From the NCBI GenBank assembly GCA_043732185.1, contig JAYTHY010000071.1:1-32265 (forward strand): DNA of 32,265 nt, written 5' to 3'. Made by a program: the position numbers and the translations under genes. Shown piece after piece: positions 11,720 to 21,940 of the stretch (position 1 is the stretch's first letter; every line of letters begins with the position of its first letter). Source of the DNA: Fibrobacteria bacterium. GTDB taxonomy: Bacteria > Fibrobacterota > Fibrobacteria > UBA11236. The notes under the pieces are model-generated. The model made no database searches, was not told the origin of the DNA, and saw only the letters and a list, made by a program, of their open reading frames with translations.

Positions 11720-12360
11720 GTGACAGCAATTTTTGGTTCTCGCGTGTTGAAAAAGGGTGATGCGTTTCCAGAGGTGGAAGAGCTGCAAATCCGCCTAACC
11801 GGCTTTGAAGGAACCGTTCCTGATGGCAGCTACGCTGTCCATGCGGGGTTTGCGATGGATTTGGGCGCGGTCTTAATAAAAGCATAACCCATGAAACCGG
11901 ACCTCGAGACGAAAAATTTTACAACTACGAATATCCAGGCATTCATCGGATGATCCTATGGTCGGTTAGGGCCGCCTTCTTTTACTTACGTAAAAACGGA
12001 TTTACGGGAAAGCTTTTCGTATCCTCAGGATATCGGTGCGAAAAGGATAATTTAAACAATAAAAGAACCTCCACAAATCACCACGGTAAGGCCATCGATT
12101 TTGATATGCATGACCCGACCGATCTGGGCTCCCGTTCGGATATGCGGCGCTGCAACGAGGCTAGGGACTTGCTAGTCAATACCGCAGCGGCCCAAATCGG
12201 TTGGGTTCGGACCAACCGCAAATCACTTGAACCTTCGGAAATCGCTCCAACCTGGGTGCATTACGATGTCCGCTGCTATGCGCCATCCTTCCTACTGGAT
12301 AGATTTTTTTGCACCACTTTAAAGGATATGGATCAGCTGCAACCCGTTACGGTCGTATGA
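11720..12360 (+). pseudogene. Disrupted peptidoglycan-binding-domain / M15-like zinc peptidase gene
   Basis: GTG 11720 with AAAAGGAA RBS gives MTAIFGSRVLKKGDAFPEVEELQIRLTGFEGTVPDG (start of a PG-binding domain), stop at 11885-11887. A second frame, open from 11824, reads QLRCPCGVCDGFG...YEYPGIHRMILW...SGYR...NHHGKAIDFD...WVHYD to 12360. Confidence 0.75.
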
Positions 12361-12530
12361 TTGGTTTTGCCCGATTTACTTGTGCCCAATAAAACATTCT
12401 GGAGATAAAAGCGAAAAAGAAGTTGGATGCCTTTTAAACCATAACTGCCCTTGAAACTGACTGGCGAAAAACCGTCCAAGCGATTACATTCTTTGCCAGC
12501 AGCTGATGGCAATCGTAGGGAATTGAATTT

Positions 12531-14231
12531 ATGAGGCAAACAGCCCAAGCCGTCTTTCATTTGCATTTGCTCATGCTGGCTTTGGTGGTTACGTCCTGGG
12601 CGCAACCCAAAAGGCCCAATATCGTTGTCTTCTTAGCGGATGACATGGGCTTTTCCGACATCGGATCCTATGGATCGGAAATCGCCACCCCAAACTTGGA
12701 TCGATTGGCTACAAACGGCATTCGTTTTACCCAGTTCTACAATGCCAGTCGCTGCTGCCCTTCACGCGCCTCATTATTAACCGGGCTGTATCCACATCAA
12801 ACCGGATTGGGGGACATGGTTGGTGGTCCCTCCACCACATTAGGACCAGGCTATGGCGGCCGAATAAACGCGCGCTGCGTCACATTGGCCGAAGTCCTAA
12901 AATCGTCCGGCTACTCGACTTATATGGTAGGGAAGTGGCATGTTACCCCTGATATGGCCGACACCGCTGATTTGCCTTTGCAAAGAGGCTTTGACCGGTT
13001 TTTCGGTTTGATGAATTCCCCCTACAATTATTTTGATTCCAAGGTGATGATGAACGGAAATAAAAGTGTTCCCCAGCAAATTGGAACATACAGCACCTAT
13101 CACGTAAGCGATACCGCGGCCTCCTACATCGACCAGCATGTAGCGGCAGGAAAAGCCAACCCGTTTTTTCTCTACGTGGCGCATAATGCTCCTCATTATC
13201 CCTTGCAAGCTCCCGATTCCCTGGTAGCCAAGTACCGGGGCAAATACCTGCAGAGTTGGTACGCCTTGCGCGACCAGCGTTATGCCCGGCAATTGGCATC
13301 AGGATTGATCAATCCACTGTGGGTGCTGTCCGGCAAGGATGGAACCGATTGGGATACTCTATCGTCCGCCAAGAAATCGGAAATGGATTTTCGTATGGCC
13401 ATCTATGCTGCCCAGATTGAAGCCATGGACCAGGGAATTGGTACGGTGATCAAGGCCATTGAGCGGAATAAATTGACAAGCAATACCCTAGTGATCTTCT
13501 TGTCGGACAATGGCGGCAATTATGAAGGTGGACTTTTGGGCAGCGATGCAGCAAGCGATCTTGGAAAACATGTCACGGCTTCCACCATGTCTTATGGTCA
13601 AAGTTGGGGCAACGCCAGCAATACACCTTTTCGAAAATTCAAGCATTTCACTTTTGAAGGGGGTATTGCCACGCCTCTGATTGCAGTCTGGCCGAATGGG
13701 ATTGTCGGTACAAATCGATGGGAATCCCAACCGGGACATATCATCGACCTAATGCCCACGTTGGTGGAGCTGGCGGGAGCCACCTATCCTACCCAGTTCA
13801 AAGGCAATACCATTATTCCTATGGAAGGTGTCAGCTTGGTCCCCACCTTTACGGGAAAAGCATTTACCCGGAGTCAACCCTTGTTTTGGGAGCATGAAGG
13901 CTCCAGGGCGATTAGAGATGGCAAGTGGAAATTAGTAGCATTACCTGGCGGCAATTGGGAACTTTATAATTTGGAGTTGGATCGTACCGAAATGAATAAT
14001 CTAGCCTTGATTCTACCGGACCGGGTGGCGTCCATGACTGCCCTTTGGACGGCCTGGGCCAAACGCACGGATGTCATTTACTCCCCATCCAGTATCAAAA
14101 CCGGACCCATTGGAAATTTGAAAAAGGGACGGATTGAGGAAAGGGCTGCCGCTTGGGAAAACCGCGATGAACTGGGCCGCATACTGGGTTCAAAGGTGCG
14201 ACCTACGGTTGATGTTCCGCTTCCCGATTGA
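12531..14231 (+). CDS. Secreted arylsulfatase-like enzyme (formylglycine-dependent S1 sulfatase, Cys type)
   Basis: Signal peptide ending SWA|Q; PNIVVFLADDMG; CCPSRASLLTG; VGKWH; APHYPLQ; FLSDNG. Confidence 0.95.
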   Translation: MRQTAQAVFHLHLLMLALVVTSWAQPKRPNIVVFLADDMGFSDIGSYGSEIATPNLDRLATNGIRFTQFYNASRCCPSRASLLTGLYPHQTGLGDMVGGPSTTLGPGYGGRINARCVTLAEVLKSSGYSTYMVGKWHVTPDMADTADLPLQRGFDRFFGLMNSPYNYFDSKVMMNGNKSVPQQIGTYSTYHVSDTAASYIDQHVAAGKANPFFLYVAHNAPHYPLQAPDSLVAKYRGKYLQSWYALRDQRYARQLASGLINPLWVLSGKDGTDWDTLSSAKKSEMDFRMAIYAAQIEAMDQGIGTVIKAIERNKLTSNTLVIFLSDNGGNYEGGLLGSDAASDLGKHVTASTMSYGQSWGNASNTPFRKFKHFTFEGGIATPLIAVWPNGIVGTNRWESQPGHIIDLMPTLVELAGATYPTQFKGNTIIPMEGVSLVPTFTGKAFTRSQPLFWEHEGSRAIRDGKWKLVALPGGNWELYNLELDRTEMNNLALILPDRVASMTALWTAWAKRTDVIYSPSSIKTGPIGNLKKGRIEERAAAWENRDELGRILGSKVRPTVDVPLPD

Positions 14232-14273
14232 TCCATTTTCCGACTGAAAAAAATAATTGGAGTAAATAAGTGT

Positions 14274-14774
14274 ATGGTAAATGAACTTTGTTCCTGTGAC
14301 ACACAAAAACCCTTTTCACTTTGCTGCCAGCCAGTTTTGCTGGGTGTTAAAGTTGCAGAGTCACCGGCTGAATTGATGCGGGCCCGTTATACGGCCTTTG
14401 TAAAACAGGAAATCGATTTCATCTTGAACTCCGTTTCTCCAACGGTGAGAAAAAGTTTTGATCGCAAAGGTATCGAGGACTGGTCGCGCGATACGGATTG
14501 GGCAGGCCTTGAGATAGTGGCTACCGACAAAGGTGGACCCAAAGACGAAAAAGGCCAGGTGGAATTCATCGCCCGATTTCGAGAAAAAGGCGAACTCAAA
14601 GAGCATCATGAATTGGCCACTTTTGTGAAGGCCAACGGTGTATGGTATTTTGAAGACGGCCGCACGCCTCCCGTTAAGCAGTTTATATCAGAGGGACCAA
14701 AAATCGGAAGGAATGATCCTTGCCATTGCGGCAGTGGTAAGAAATTCAAAAAATGCCATGGTACGGCCGGGTAG
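14274..14774 (+). CDS. ychJ: YchJ-family protein with SEC-C metal-binding motifs
   Basis: N-terminal CSC...[28 protein letters not shown]...WYFEDG, C-terminal [19 protein letters not shown]. Confidence 0.9.
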   Translation: MVNELCSCDTQKPFSLCCQPVLLGVKVAESPAELMRARYTAFVKQEIDFILNSVSPTVRKSFDRKGIEDWSRDTDWAGLEIVATDKGGPKDEKGQVEFIARFREKGELKEHHELATFVKANGVWYFEDGRTPPVKQFISEGPKIGRNDPCHCGSGKKFKKCHGTAG

Positions 14775-14793
14775 AATAAAGGTCGAATAAAAA

Positions 14794-16353
14794 CTATGGC
14801 TCCGGTTTGAAATGAACGCCTACCGGGGCTCGCTCACCCTCTGGATGTAGCGGCAGTGTAACACCTCGGCTGTCGATTAATCTCCTGACTCGGTAACTGC
14901 TTTTAGCGCCGTTATGCTTTGCACTTCGAATGGCTATTGGGTTTTCCACCGGTACTTGCAACTCCTTTACCACATTGTCCACAGCGGATGAGGCTTTTAA
15001 GGCTACAAACCGAGTTTTCATGCTGTCCAGTATCGTGGTGTATTTTGCATTGCCGATCAGATTGAAAGATTCGTTGGGATCGGTTTGCAGGTCATACAAT
15101 TCTTCGTATTGAGGCGTGACAAAGGGATAGAGGATGTATTTGTAACGCTGTCCCACGGCAGCATAGGACAGGGGAATGCCAGGCAGTAGCAAGGTAAAGT
15201 CATGCAGGTACTCGGAGCGCCACATTTTAGCGGTTCCGTTTATCAGTCCCATCAAATCCCTACCTTGCATAGTCACAGGCGCGGGCACGCCTGCCAGAGA
15301 AAGTATGGTTGCCGGGATATCGATGTTCAACGCCATTTCCTTGCGATGGATTCCCTTTTTAGACGGGGAAAGGCGTGGGTCATAGACAATTAAAGGGACG
15401 CGAATGGAAGGGTCATGCGACAGCCATTTTCCGGAATAGCCGCGGTCACCGGTGAAAAAACCATTGTCGGATGAAAAGACGATGACGGTGTTTCCGGCCA
15501 CTCCCATAGCTTGAAGTTTGGATCTGATGCGACCAACAACATGATCCACTCCGGATATGAGTCGATAATAATTCTTCATGCTCTCTTGATATTTTGTCGG
15601 GGTATTGAATTCCAATGTCCAGCGCGATCGCATTTCCGTACTGGGATCCTTTAAAAAAGCTGGCAAGGCGTTGAAAAAAGCCGGATCGGAATTGGGAGAT
15701 GTGGGAATGGTCGCGTTGAGATATAGACCCATATCCGCCGGGTCCGGAATGAATTGACGCGGATCCCCATCTTCAATATGCGGCGCTTTGAAGGAAACGG
15801 AAAGACAGAAAGGTTTCCCTTTCCCCTTGCTGGAATCCAGAAATTCCAAAGCTTGATCGCCCATCTTAGGAGTGATATGGCCAACCACCACTCCGCCTAC
15901 TTTTATTTCATAGTTGCCCTGCCCGCTGAAGCCATACCATCTATCAAAACTGGTGGTGGGTAAAGGGTCGCCTAGTCCCCACTTCCCGATGAATCCGGTA
16001 TAGTATCCGGCCTTTCGTAATACTACGGGATAGGTCTGGGCCAATTGAGCAGCAGAGAAAATGGAGAAAAATTGATTGAGGCTATCCCGGCTATAATGCT
16101 GACCAATGAGCATTGAGGCGCGGCTGGCAGAGCAAATGGACGTGGTAACATAGGCATTGTCAAAGGTCACGCCCTGTTTGGAAAGGGAATCGATTTGCGG
16201 GGTTTCGATCACGGAATTTCCAACGGCTCGGAGAGCATTCCAGCGCTGATCATCGGTCAAAAGAAAAATGATATTGGGTGGAGCTGTTTGCGAATACACC
16301 GAGCCGGACAACAGGCAAAGCATTCCAATAAACTGTAGCACTGACACTTTCAT
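14794..16353 (-). CDS. Secreted S1-family sulfatase (Cys type, probably a carbohydrate sulfatase)
   Basis: Signal peptide ending VYS|Q; PNIIFLLTDDQR; ICSASRASMLIG; FIGKWG; FKAPH; FSSDNG. ATG 16353 preferred over TTG 16365. Confidence 0.92.
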   Translation of the reverse strand: MKVSVLQFIGMLCLLSGSVYSQTAPPNIIFLLTDDQRWNALRAVGNSVIETPQIDSLSKQGVTFDNAYVTTSICSASRASMLIGQHYSRDSLNQFFSIFSAAQLAQTYPVVLRKAGYYTGFIGKWGLGDPLPTTSFDRWYGFSGQGNYEIKVGGVVVGHITPKMGDQALEFLDSSKGKGKPFCLSVSFKAPHIEDGDPRQFIPDPADMGLYLNATIPTSPNSDPAFFNALPAFLKDPSTEMRSRWTLEFNTPTKYQESMKNYYRLISGVDHVVGRIRSKLQAMGVAGNTVIVFSSDNGFFTGDRGYSGKWLSHDPSIRVPLIVYDPRLSPSKKGIHRKEMALNIDIPATILSLAGVPAPVTMQGRDLMGLINGTAKMWRSEYLHDFTLLLPGIPLSYAAVGQRYKYILYPFVTPQYEELYDLQTDPNESFNLIGNAKYTTILDSMKTRFVALKASSAVDNVVKELQVPVENPIAIRSAKHNGAKSSYRVRRLIDSRGVTLPLHPEGERAPVGVHFKPEP

Positions 16354-16441
16354 AGTAACATCCAATCCTCAAAGACCCAATATACGTCCGACCAGTGAAT
16401 AAATGGGCTCAAGTTGGAGCAGTGAGTTTCCAGGTCCGGAA

Positions 16442-16463
16442 AAAAGTGTATTTTTGCACTTTT
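16442..16463. promoter_or_regulatory. Inverted repeat in the divergent intergenic region; candidate operator
   Basis: AAAAGTG-N8-CACTTTT (AAAAGTGTA TTTT TGCACTTTT); function is inferred from position only. Confidence 0.4.
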
Positions 16464-16559
16464 GAAGTAAGCAAAATTTGTCCATTATCGCAAATATGAC
16501 GGAATAATTGGGTAAAATTCCCTGCGAAACCAAATTAAATGCTTATCTTAAATAAGCAA

Positions 16560-17411
16560 ATGGAAAACAAGAACGTCCCACCTGAAGTCTTTGAATATCT
16601 CAATGCCAGAGATTTCATCAAGGATTTACTGGCTTGGGCAAAAGCGCATAAGCCCGAGTTCACCCATCGACTCCTGTTGGAAAAAATGGAAGTCTCCTCG
16701 ACTGGATTTATCGCGAATGTGATTTCAGGAAAGAGCAATCTGAACGCGCGCCAAATTGTAGCGCTTGGGGATATTTTCAAACTCAATCCTGCCGAGTCCA
16801 GGTACTTCCAATCCTTAGTGGAGTATACGCAGGCACGCAGCATTGATGATAAAGGCGATGCCTTGGATAGTTTGCGCATACAAATTCGCGGACGGAACAA
16901 GAAATTGGATCCACGCCAATATTCTCTTTTCTCCAAATGGCTTTACCCGATGGTTTTCGACTTGGTGGCCATCATTCCCGTTGGTGAAAATCATAAGGAA
17001 GTAGCGGCCTTGTTCGACGGCACTGTGAAAGCGGAGGATGTCCGCAAAGCTCTGCAAATATTAGAAGAGCTGGCTCTCATTCGCAAAACGCCAGCTGGCA
17101 AATATGAACAAGTGGCGGCCACGCTTAAAACCGGGGATGAAATCCAATCCGTGGATGTATTCAAGTACCAACAAACCGCTTTGAAGAAAGCCATCGAGGC
17201 TTTGGACAAAATTCCAGTTGAGGAAAGAACCATTTCCGTAACCACACTGCCATTATCAGTCGAAGGTTTGCAGCGCGTGAAGCAGGCGGCGCAACAGTTT
17301 CGAGACAATGTGCTAAAAATTTCGGAAGAAGATCGCAACTATGATCGCGTCTTCCAATTCAACCTGAATCTTTTCCCCACCACTAAAAGCATTCGAAAGC
17401 TGGGGTTATGA
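16560..17411 (+). CDS. TIGR02147-family protein (HTH-like N-terminus, DUF4423-like C-terminus)
   Basis: VFEYLNARDFIKD...FTHR...SSTGFIANVISGKSNL, FSKWLYPMV, ERTISVTTL, RVFQFNLNLFP match the family pattern as I recall it; an alternative in-frame ATG lies at 16539. Confidence 0.85.
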   Translation: MENKNVPPEVFEYLNARDFIKDLLAWAKAHKPEFTHRLLLEKMEVSSTGFIANVISGKSNLNARQIVALGDIFKLNPAESRYFQSLVEYTQARSIDDKGDALDSLRIQIRGRNKKLDPRQYSLFSKWLYPMVFDLVAIIPVGENHKEVAALFDGTVKAEDVRKALQILEELALIRKTPAGKYEQVAATLKTGDEIQSVDVFKYQQTALKKAIEALDKIPVEERTISVTTLPLSVEGLQRVKQAAQQFRDNVLKISEEDRNYDRVFQFNLNLFPTTKSIRKLGL

Positions 17412-19211
17412 ATTTCCCCTTTCCAATGCGAAGCCCGATATGCGCGGTTCGGGCTGGTACAATGGCATCGGCTCTGATGCTAATTGTGGCTTCTTGTCTT
17501 ACCCTCGGTCTGGTACTTGGCCTTGGCGGATGCAGGCAACACCCAAAAGATTGCGGGTATATTAACGGATAGGAATGGTAAACCCGTCGCCGCGCGCCTG
17601 GTGCAGCTGCGAAATGCCGATTTCCAAGGTAACCTGCAAGATACTGTACTTATCCGTTCCGCGAAAGGCAAAGAATGGACTGATTCCACTGGGCCTGGCG
17701 GAGACTTCAGCTTCCTTCTCACCGCCAAGGATACGGGGAATTTTGTATGCGAAGCGTTGCTTAACGAAGTAGAAGGCGTACGGTTTTATTTCCGGCGCGA
17801 TTCCACTCAAGGTGTGGATTTGGGTACTTTAGCCATGCGACCCATCGGCGGCATCAGTGGGAAAGTCTTGTTGCCGCAGGGTATTTTTGGATCCCTTTCA
17901 ATTACCTTGCTTGGAACCCATCAAACTCATTTTTTGGCCAACGGCAACGGTGATTTTGCTTTCTATTCACTGCCTCCCGGTGACTACATACTCCGCATTG
18001 AAGGGGTCAATCCAACTCGCAATGCCCTTGACACTTTAATTTCTGTGTCGGCAGGTAAAACGGTTACTGGAATCATACTTGCGCCCGGACCAGCGGTAGC
18101 AGATGCTCCAGGACAAATCGCCCTACAGCTTCGGTCACCACGTCCTCTAGTCGGTTCGCTCAAGGCCAAGCTAGCGGAGGATGGCAATGTTTTGACGGCC
18201 GATTCTAACGGCAATGTGGTTTTCAAGAATGTGCCTTCAGGCCTGCATACGGTTTTAGCCTGGGGTGAAAACCCTTACCGGGATACCCTTCAATTCCCGG
18301 CCATCCAAGTCGAGCCTGGAAAACAAACCATGCTACCGACCGTCGCATTCAAAATCAAGGTCTTGATCGTGGATGGAATTGCCAATCACGATTGGGTGAG
18401 GATGACCCGGTATAATAAAACTATTCTAGAGCTATCCGGGCTCTTTCATGTCGATGTTTCCACTACTCCTCCCGACAGCTCCGCCCCAATAGCTTGGGCC
18501 GCTTGGCATCCGCACTTTTCCGATTTCGATGCCGTGGTAGTGGAATGCAATTCCGGATATCCAGACGATGGCAAAGCGAATCCATGGCCGGATTCCATCA
18601 AAAAATCCTTGGAGGATTTTGTTTCCGTGGGCGGTGGCTTGGTAAACACGCATGCCACCTTCCCAGGATTTTACGGTTGGCCTGCTTTTGATCAAATGCA
18701 TGGACTGATATGGAGAAATGTGGACACTACCGGGCCCTCCTATGAACTCGATTCCATGAATGCTTTGGTGCTCAATCCGGCAGGGCTAAATCGGTCTTCC
18801 TATGATATGTCGAATACAGGCGGAGTTGGAGAGTGCCTCCATGTAGCCGACGCCAAACATCCGATTACGCGCGGCTTGCCATCGGAATGGTTACAGCCTT
18901 TGGATAGCCCCGTTTATCAATTGAAAGGAAGCCCGGACGGTATGACAGTACTTGCATACTCCATATCGCCGAGTAGCGGTAAACGTGAGCCACAACTCTG
19001 GTCCAAAACTTTTGGAAGTGGCAGGGTTTTCACTAACGCTATGGGTCATATCTACCCGGGAGGGGCCAATATCCCTTATCGGTGCGCCGGTTTCCAAACC
19101 ACTTTTACGCGGGGAGTGGAATGGGCGGCCACTGGCAAGGTAACAACAAGGGTACCCAGTGATTTCCCAGGGCGGGATTCGCTCAGCTTAAGAAATAACT
19201 TGCCCAATTGA
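17408..19211 (+). pseudogene. Probable lipoprotein with carboxypeptidase-regulatory-like beta domains and a C-terminal ThuA-like domain; signal peptide out of frame with the body
   Basis: ATG 17408 overlaps the upstream stop (ATGA) and encodes a hydrophobic leader ending LGLGGC (Cys 17531-17533), with a stop at 17570-17572. The body AGNTQKIAG... is in the +1 frame (ORF 17484-19211, TTG start). ThuA-like motifs KVLIVDGIANHDW, FVSVGGGLV, HPITRGLP, GSGRVFTNAMGH, RGVEWAATG. Coding status is certain; the disruption is probable. Confidence 0.62.
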
Positions 19212-19266
19212 TTTTGGATAACCCGATGCCTTTAGAAAAAAATATTTACAATACAGAGGACCAGCT

Positions 19267-20685
19267 ATGAAAATATCAATTTGCAAAGTGCGAGATCTAG
19301 GTTTATTGGGACGGGCGGGAGTCCTCTGCCTCCTGCTTAGTGCTTTTACCCTACATGCCCAAAACCACCCACAGGACACAACGCATGCGCAGCAAATGGC
19401 CTGGTGGAAAAAACAACGTTTCGGTATGTTCATCCATTGGGGGCCTGTTGCTCAACGCGGTCAGGAAATCAGTTGGTCTAGAGGCAACGGTATTCCTACA
19501 GCCGAATACGACAGTCTGTACAAAACTTTCAATCCAACGGGATACAATGCAGGGGAATGGGTTCGCATTGCCCAAAGTGCCGGCATGAAATACATGGTTT
19601 TGGTAGCCAAACATCACGATGGATTTTGCGAATTCAGCACCACGCAGACTTCTTATAATATCATGTCCCCGCATTCACCATTCCGTAGGGACATCGTTAA
19701 AGAGCTGGCGGATTCCGCACATCAAATGGGCATGGGATTGGGGCTCTATTATTCCCCAACAGATTGGTTTGTTAAAGCCCGAGGGGATGGGACGCCTTAT
19801 ACAAGCCAGTATTTAGCCCAGTATACCAATCAGGTAGTCGATGAGCTGTTGACTAATTATGGCCGTATTGAAACCATCTGGTGGGATCTGACTCCTATCG
19901 GGGCGAATCCTCAGGCTCTGTTGCAAAGGATGCGGCAAAAGCAGCCGTGGATTCTGGTCAATAATCGCGGTGATCATACCAGCATTGGCGATTACACAAC
20001 CCCGGAACAAACGATCGGAGCCTTTGATACGCTCCATGCCTGGGAATCGTGCATGACCATTGATGGCAAGGATCAATGGGCTTGGAATCCCACAGGTGGA
20101 GTCAAACCTTTGCGTGCATTGATAGACATGGTGGTCGGAACGGCGGATGGCGGCGGCAACTGTCTTCTCAATGTGGGCCCTCGTCCGGATGGCATCATCG
20201 ATCCACTCCAGGTCGGAAGACTAAAGGAAATCGGTCAGTGGATGAACAAATATGGTGAAAGCATTTATGGAACAACGGGAGGCCCCGTGCCGAGTGGATC
20301 TTGGGGAGGCATGACGCATAAGGCGGACACACTGTATCTGCACCTTAAAAAATTCAATGGCACCGTTTCGATTCCAGCCATCAGGGGTACCATAGCCTCC
20401 ACAATCAGCTTAACGGGTGGCGTGCCGTTAGTGACACAGGCTACAGGCGCCACTACTATTACTTTGCCGATGCAAAATATCGACAGTCTCTACACGGTGC
20501 TACGCATGGTTTTGAAGTCGACAACATCCATTAAAAAGCCAGGGCGTTTAGACCCGTTAAAATCGGGGAAAAGGATTTCCGCAACGCTGAATCCCACACC
20601 CATTTTTCAGAAAACTGGTTCCGACCAAGAATTTAATCTGTCGGGTGGCCGGGTTCGATTTCAAAATGATCCAAAAAAACTTTAA
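19267..20685 (+). CDS. Secreted GH29 alpha-L-fucosidase (copy 1)
   Basis: GAGGA RBS; signal LHA|Q; RFGMFIHWG, AKHHDGF, GLYYS, IWWD (nucleophile), WESCMT, LLNVGP, YGESIYGT. Confidence 0.95.
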   Translation: MKISICKVRDLGLLGRAGVLCLLLSAFTLHAQNHPQDTTHAQQMAWWKKQRFGMFIHWGPVAQRGQEISWSRGNGIPTAEYDSLYKTFNPTGYNAGEWVRIAQSAGMKYMVLVAKHHDGFCEFSTTQTSYNIMSPHSPFRRDIVKELADSAHQMGMGLGLYYSPTDWFVKARGDGTPYTSQYLAQYTNQVVDELLTNYGRIETIWWDLTPIGANPQALLQRMRQKQPWILVNNRGDHTSIGDYTTPEQTIGAFDTLHAWESCMTIDGKDQWAWNPTGGVKPLRALIDMVVGTADGGGNCLLNVGPRPDGIIDPLQVGRLKEIGQWMNKYGESIYGTTGGPVPSGSWGGMTHKADTLYLHLKKFNGTVSIPAIRGTIASTISLTGGVPLVTQATGATTITLPMQNIDSLYTVLRMVLKSTTSIKKPGRLDPLKSGKRISATLNPTPIFQKTGSDQEFNLSGGRVRFQNDPKKL

Positions 20686-21940
20686 CCATATCAAAGGACA
20701 AACAATGAAAAGATCAATTCGCAGCGCATTACATTTTGGTTTATTAGGGAGGGTAAGTGCCATTGGCCTGCTGCTGTCAGCCTTTACCTTGCATGCACAA
20801 AACCACCCACAAGACACCACCCATGCCCAGCAATTGGCCTGGTGGAAAAATCAGCGCTTCGGCATGTTCATCCACTGGGGGCCTGTTTCTCAGCGCGGCC
20901 AAGAGATCAGTTGGACTAGAGGCAATGGTATCCCTACTGCCGAATACGACAGTTTATATAAAACCTTCAATCCCACTGGTTACAATGCCGGTGAATGGGT
21001 TCGCATCGCTAAGGGTGCGGGCATGAAGTACATGGTTTTGGTAGCTAAACATCATGACGGATTTTGCGAATTCAGCACCACGCAGACGTCTTATAATATT
21101 ATGTCGCCAAATTCTCCTTTTCGCAGGGACATAGTGAAAGAGTTGGCGGATTCAGCGCATCAAATGGGCATGGGTTTGGGGCTCTATTATTCCCCAACAG
21201 ATTGGTTTGTTAAATCACGCGATGATGCGACCCCTTATACAAGCCAATACTTGACCCAGTATACCAATCAAGTTGTAGACGAGCTGTTGACCAATTATGG
21301 ACGTATTGAAACCATTTGGTGGGATCTTAGTCCCATTGGAGCGAATCCACAAGCGCTTCTGCAAAGAATGCAGCAAAAACAACCATGGATTTTGGTTAAT
21401 AATCGCGGTGACCATGCCAGCATAGGTGATTACAGCACACCGGAACAAACGATAGGCGCTTTCGATACGCTCCATGCCTGGGAATCGTGTATGACCATTG
21501 ATGGCAAGGATCAATGGGCTTGGAATCCCACGGGAGGTGTTAAACCGTTGCGTGCATTGATAGACATGATAGTCGGCACGGCGGATGGCGGCGGCAATTG
21601 TCTCCTCAATGTGGGCCCACGTCCAGATGGCATTATCGATCCTCTCCAAGTAGGTCGACTAAAGGAAGTTGGTCAGTGGATGGATAAATACGGAGAAAGC
21701 ATCTATGGAACCACGGGAGGCTACATAGTGAGTGGAAATTGGGGCGGATCGACTCATAAAGGGGATACCGTCTACCTGCACCTCAAAAAATTCAATGGCA
21801 CGGTTACCATTCCACCATTAAGCTCCACCATAGTGTCCACCACCAGTTTGACTGGCGGTACGCCAGTTGTTGAGCAATCGCAATTCAATATCAAGATTAC
21901 CTTGCCACTCCAGAATATTGATAGTCTCTATACGGTTCTT
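19267..21940 (+). repeat. Diverged tandem duplication: 19267-20502 versus 20705-21940
   Basis: Offset is exactly 1438 nt at the start codons, at GLLGR and at NIDSLYTVL; many differences are at third codon positions. Confidence 0.92.

Noticed and set aside
11700..11885. 61-aa minus-strand ORF upstream of the cytochrome gene
   Set aside because: The plus strand here carries recognisable PG-binding and peptidase sequence, so this ORF is its shadow
20645..20704. N-terminal extensions in the ORF track for GH29-2 (20645) and GH29-3 (22592)
   Set aside because: Downstream ATGs (20705, 22634) sit directly before signal peptides; 20705 has an RBS and aligns with the start of copy 1
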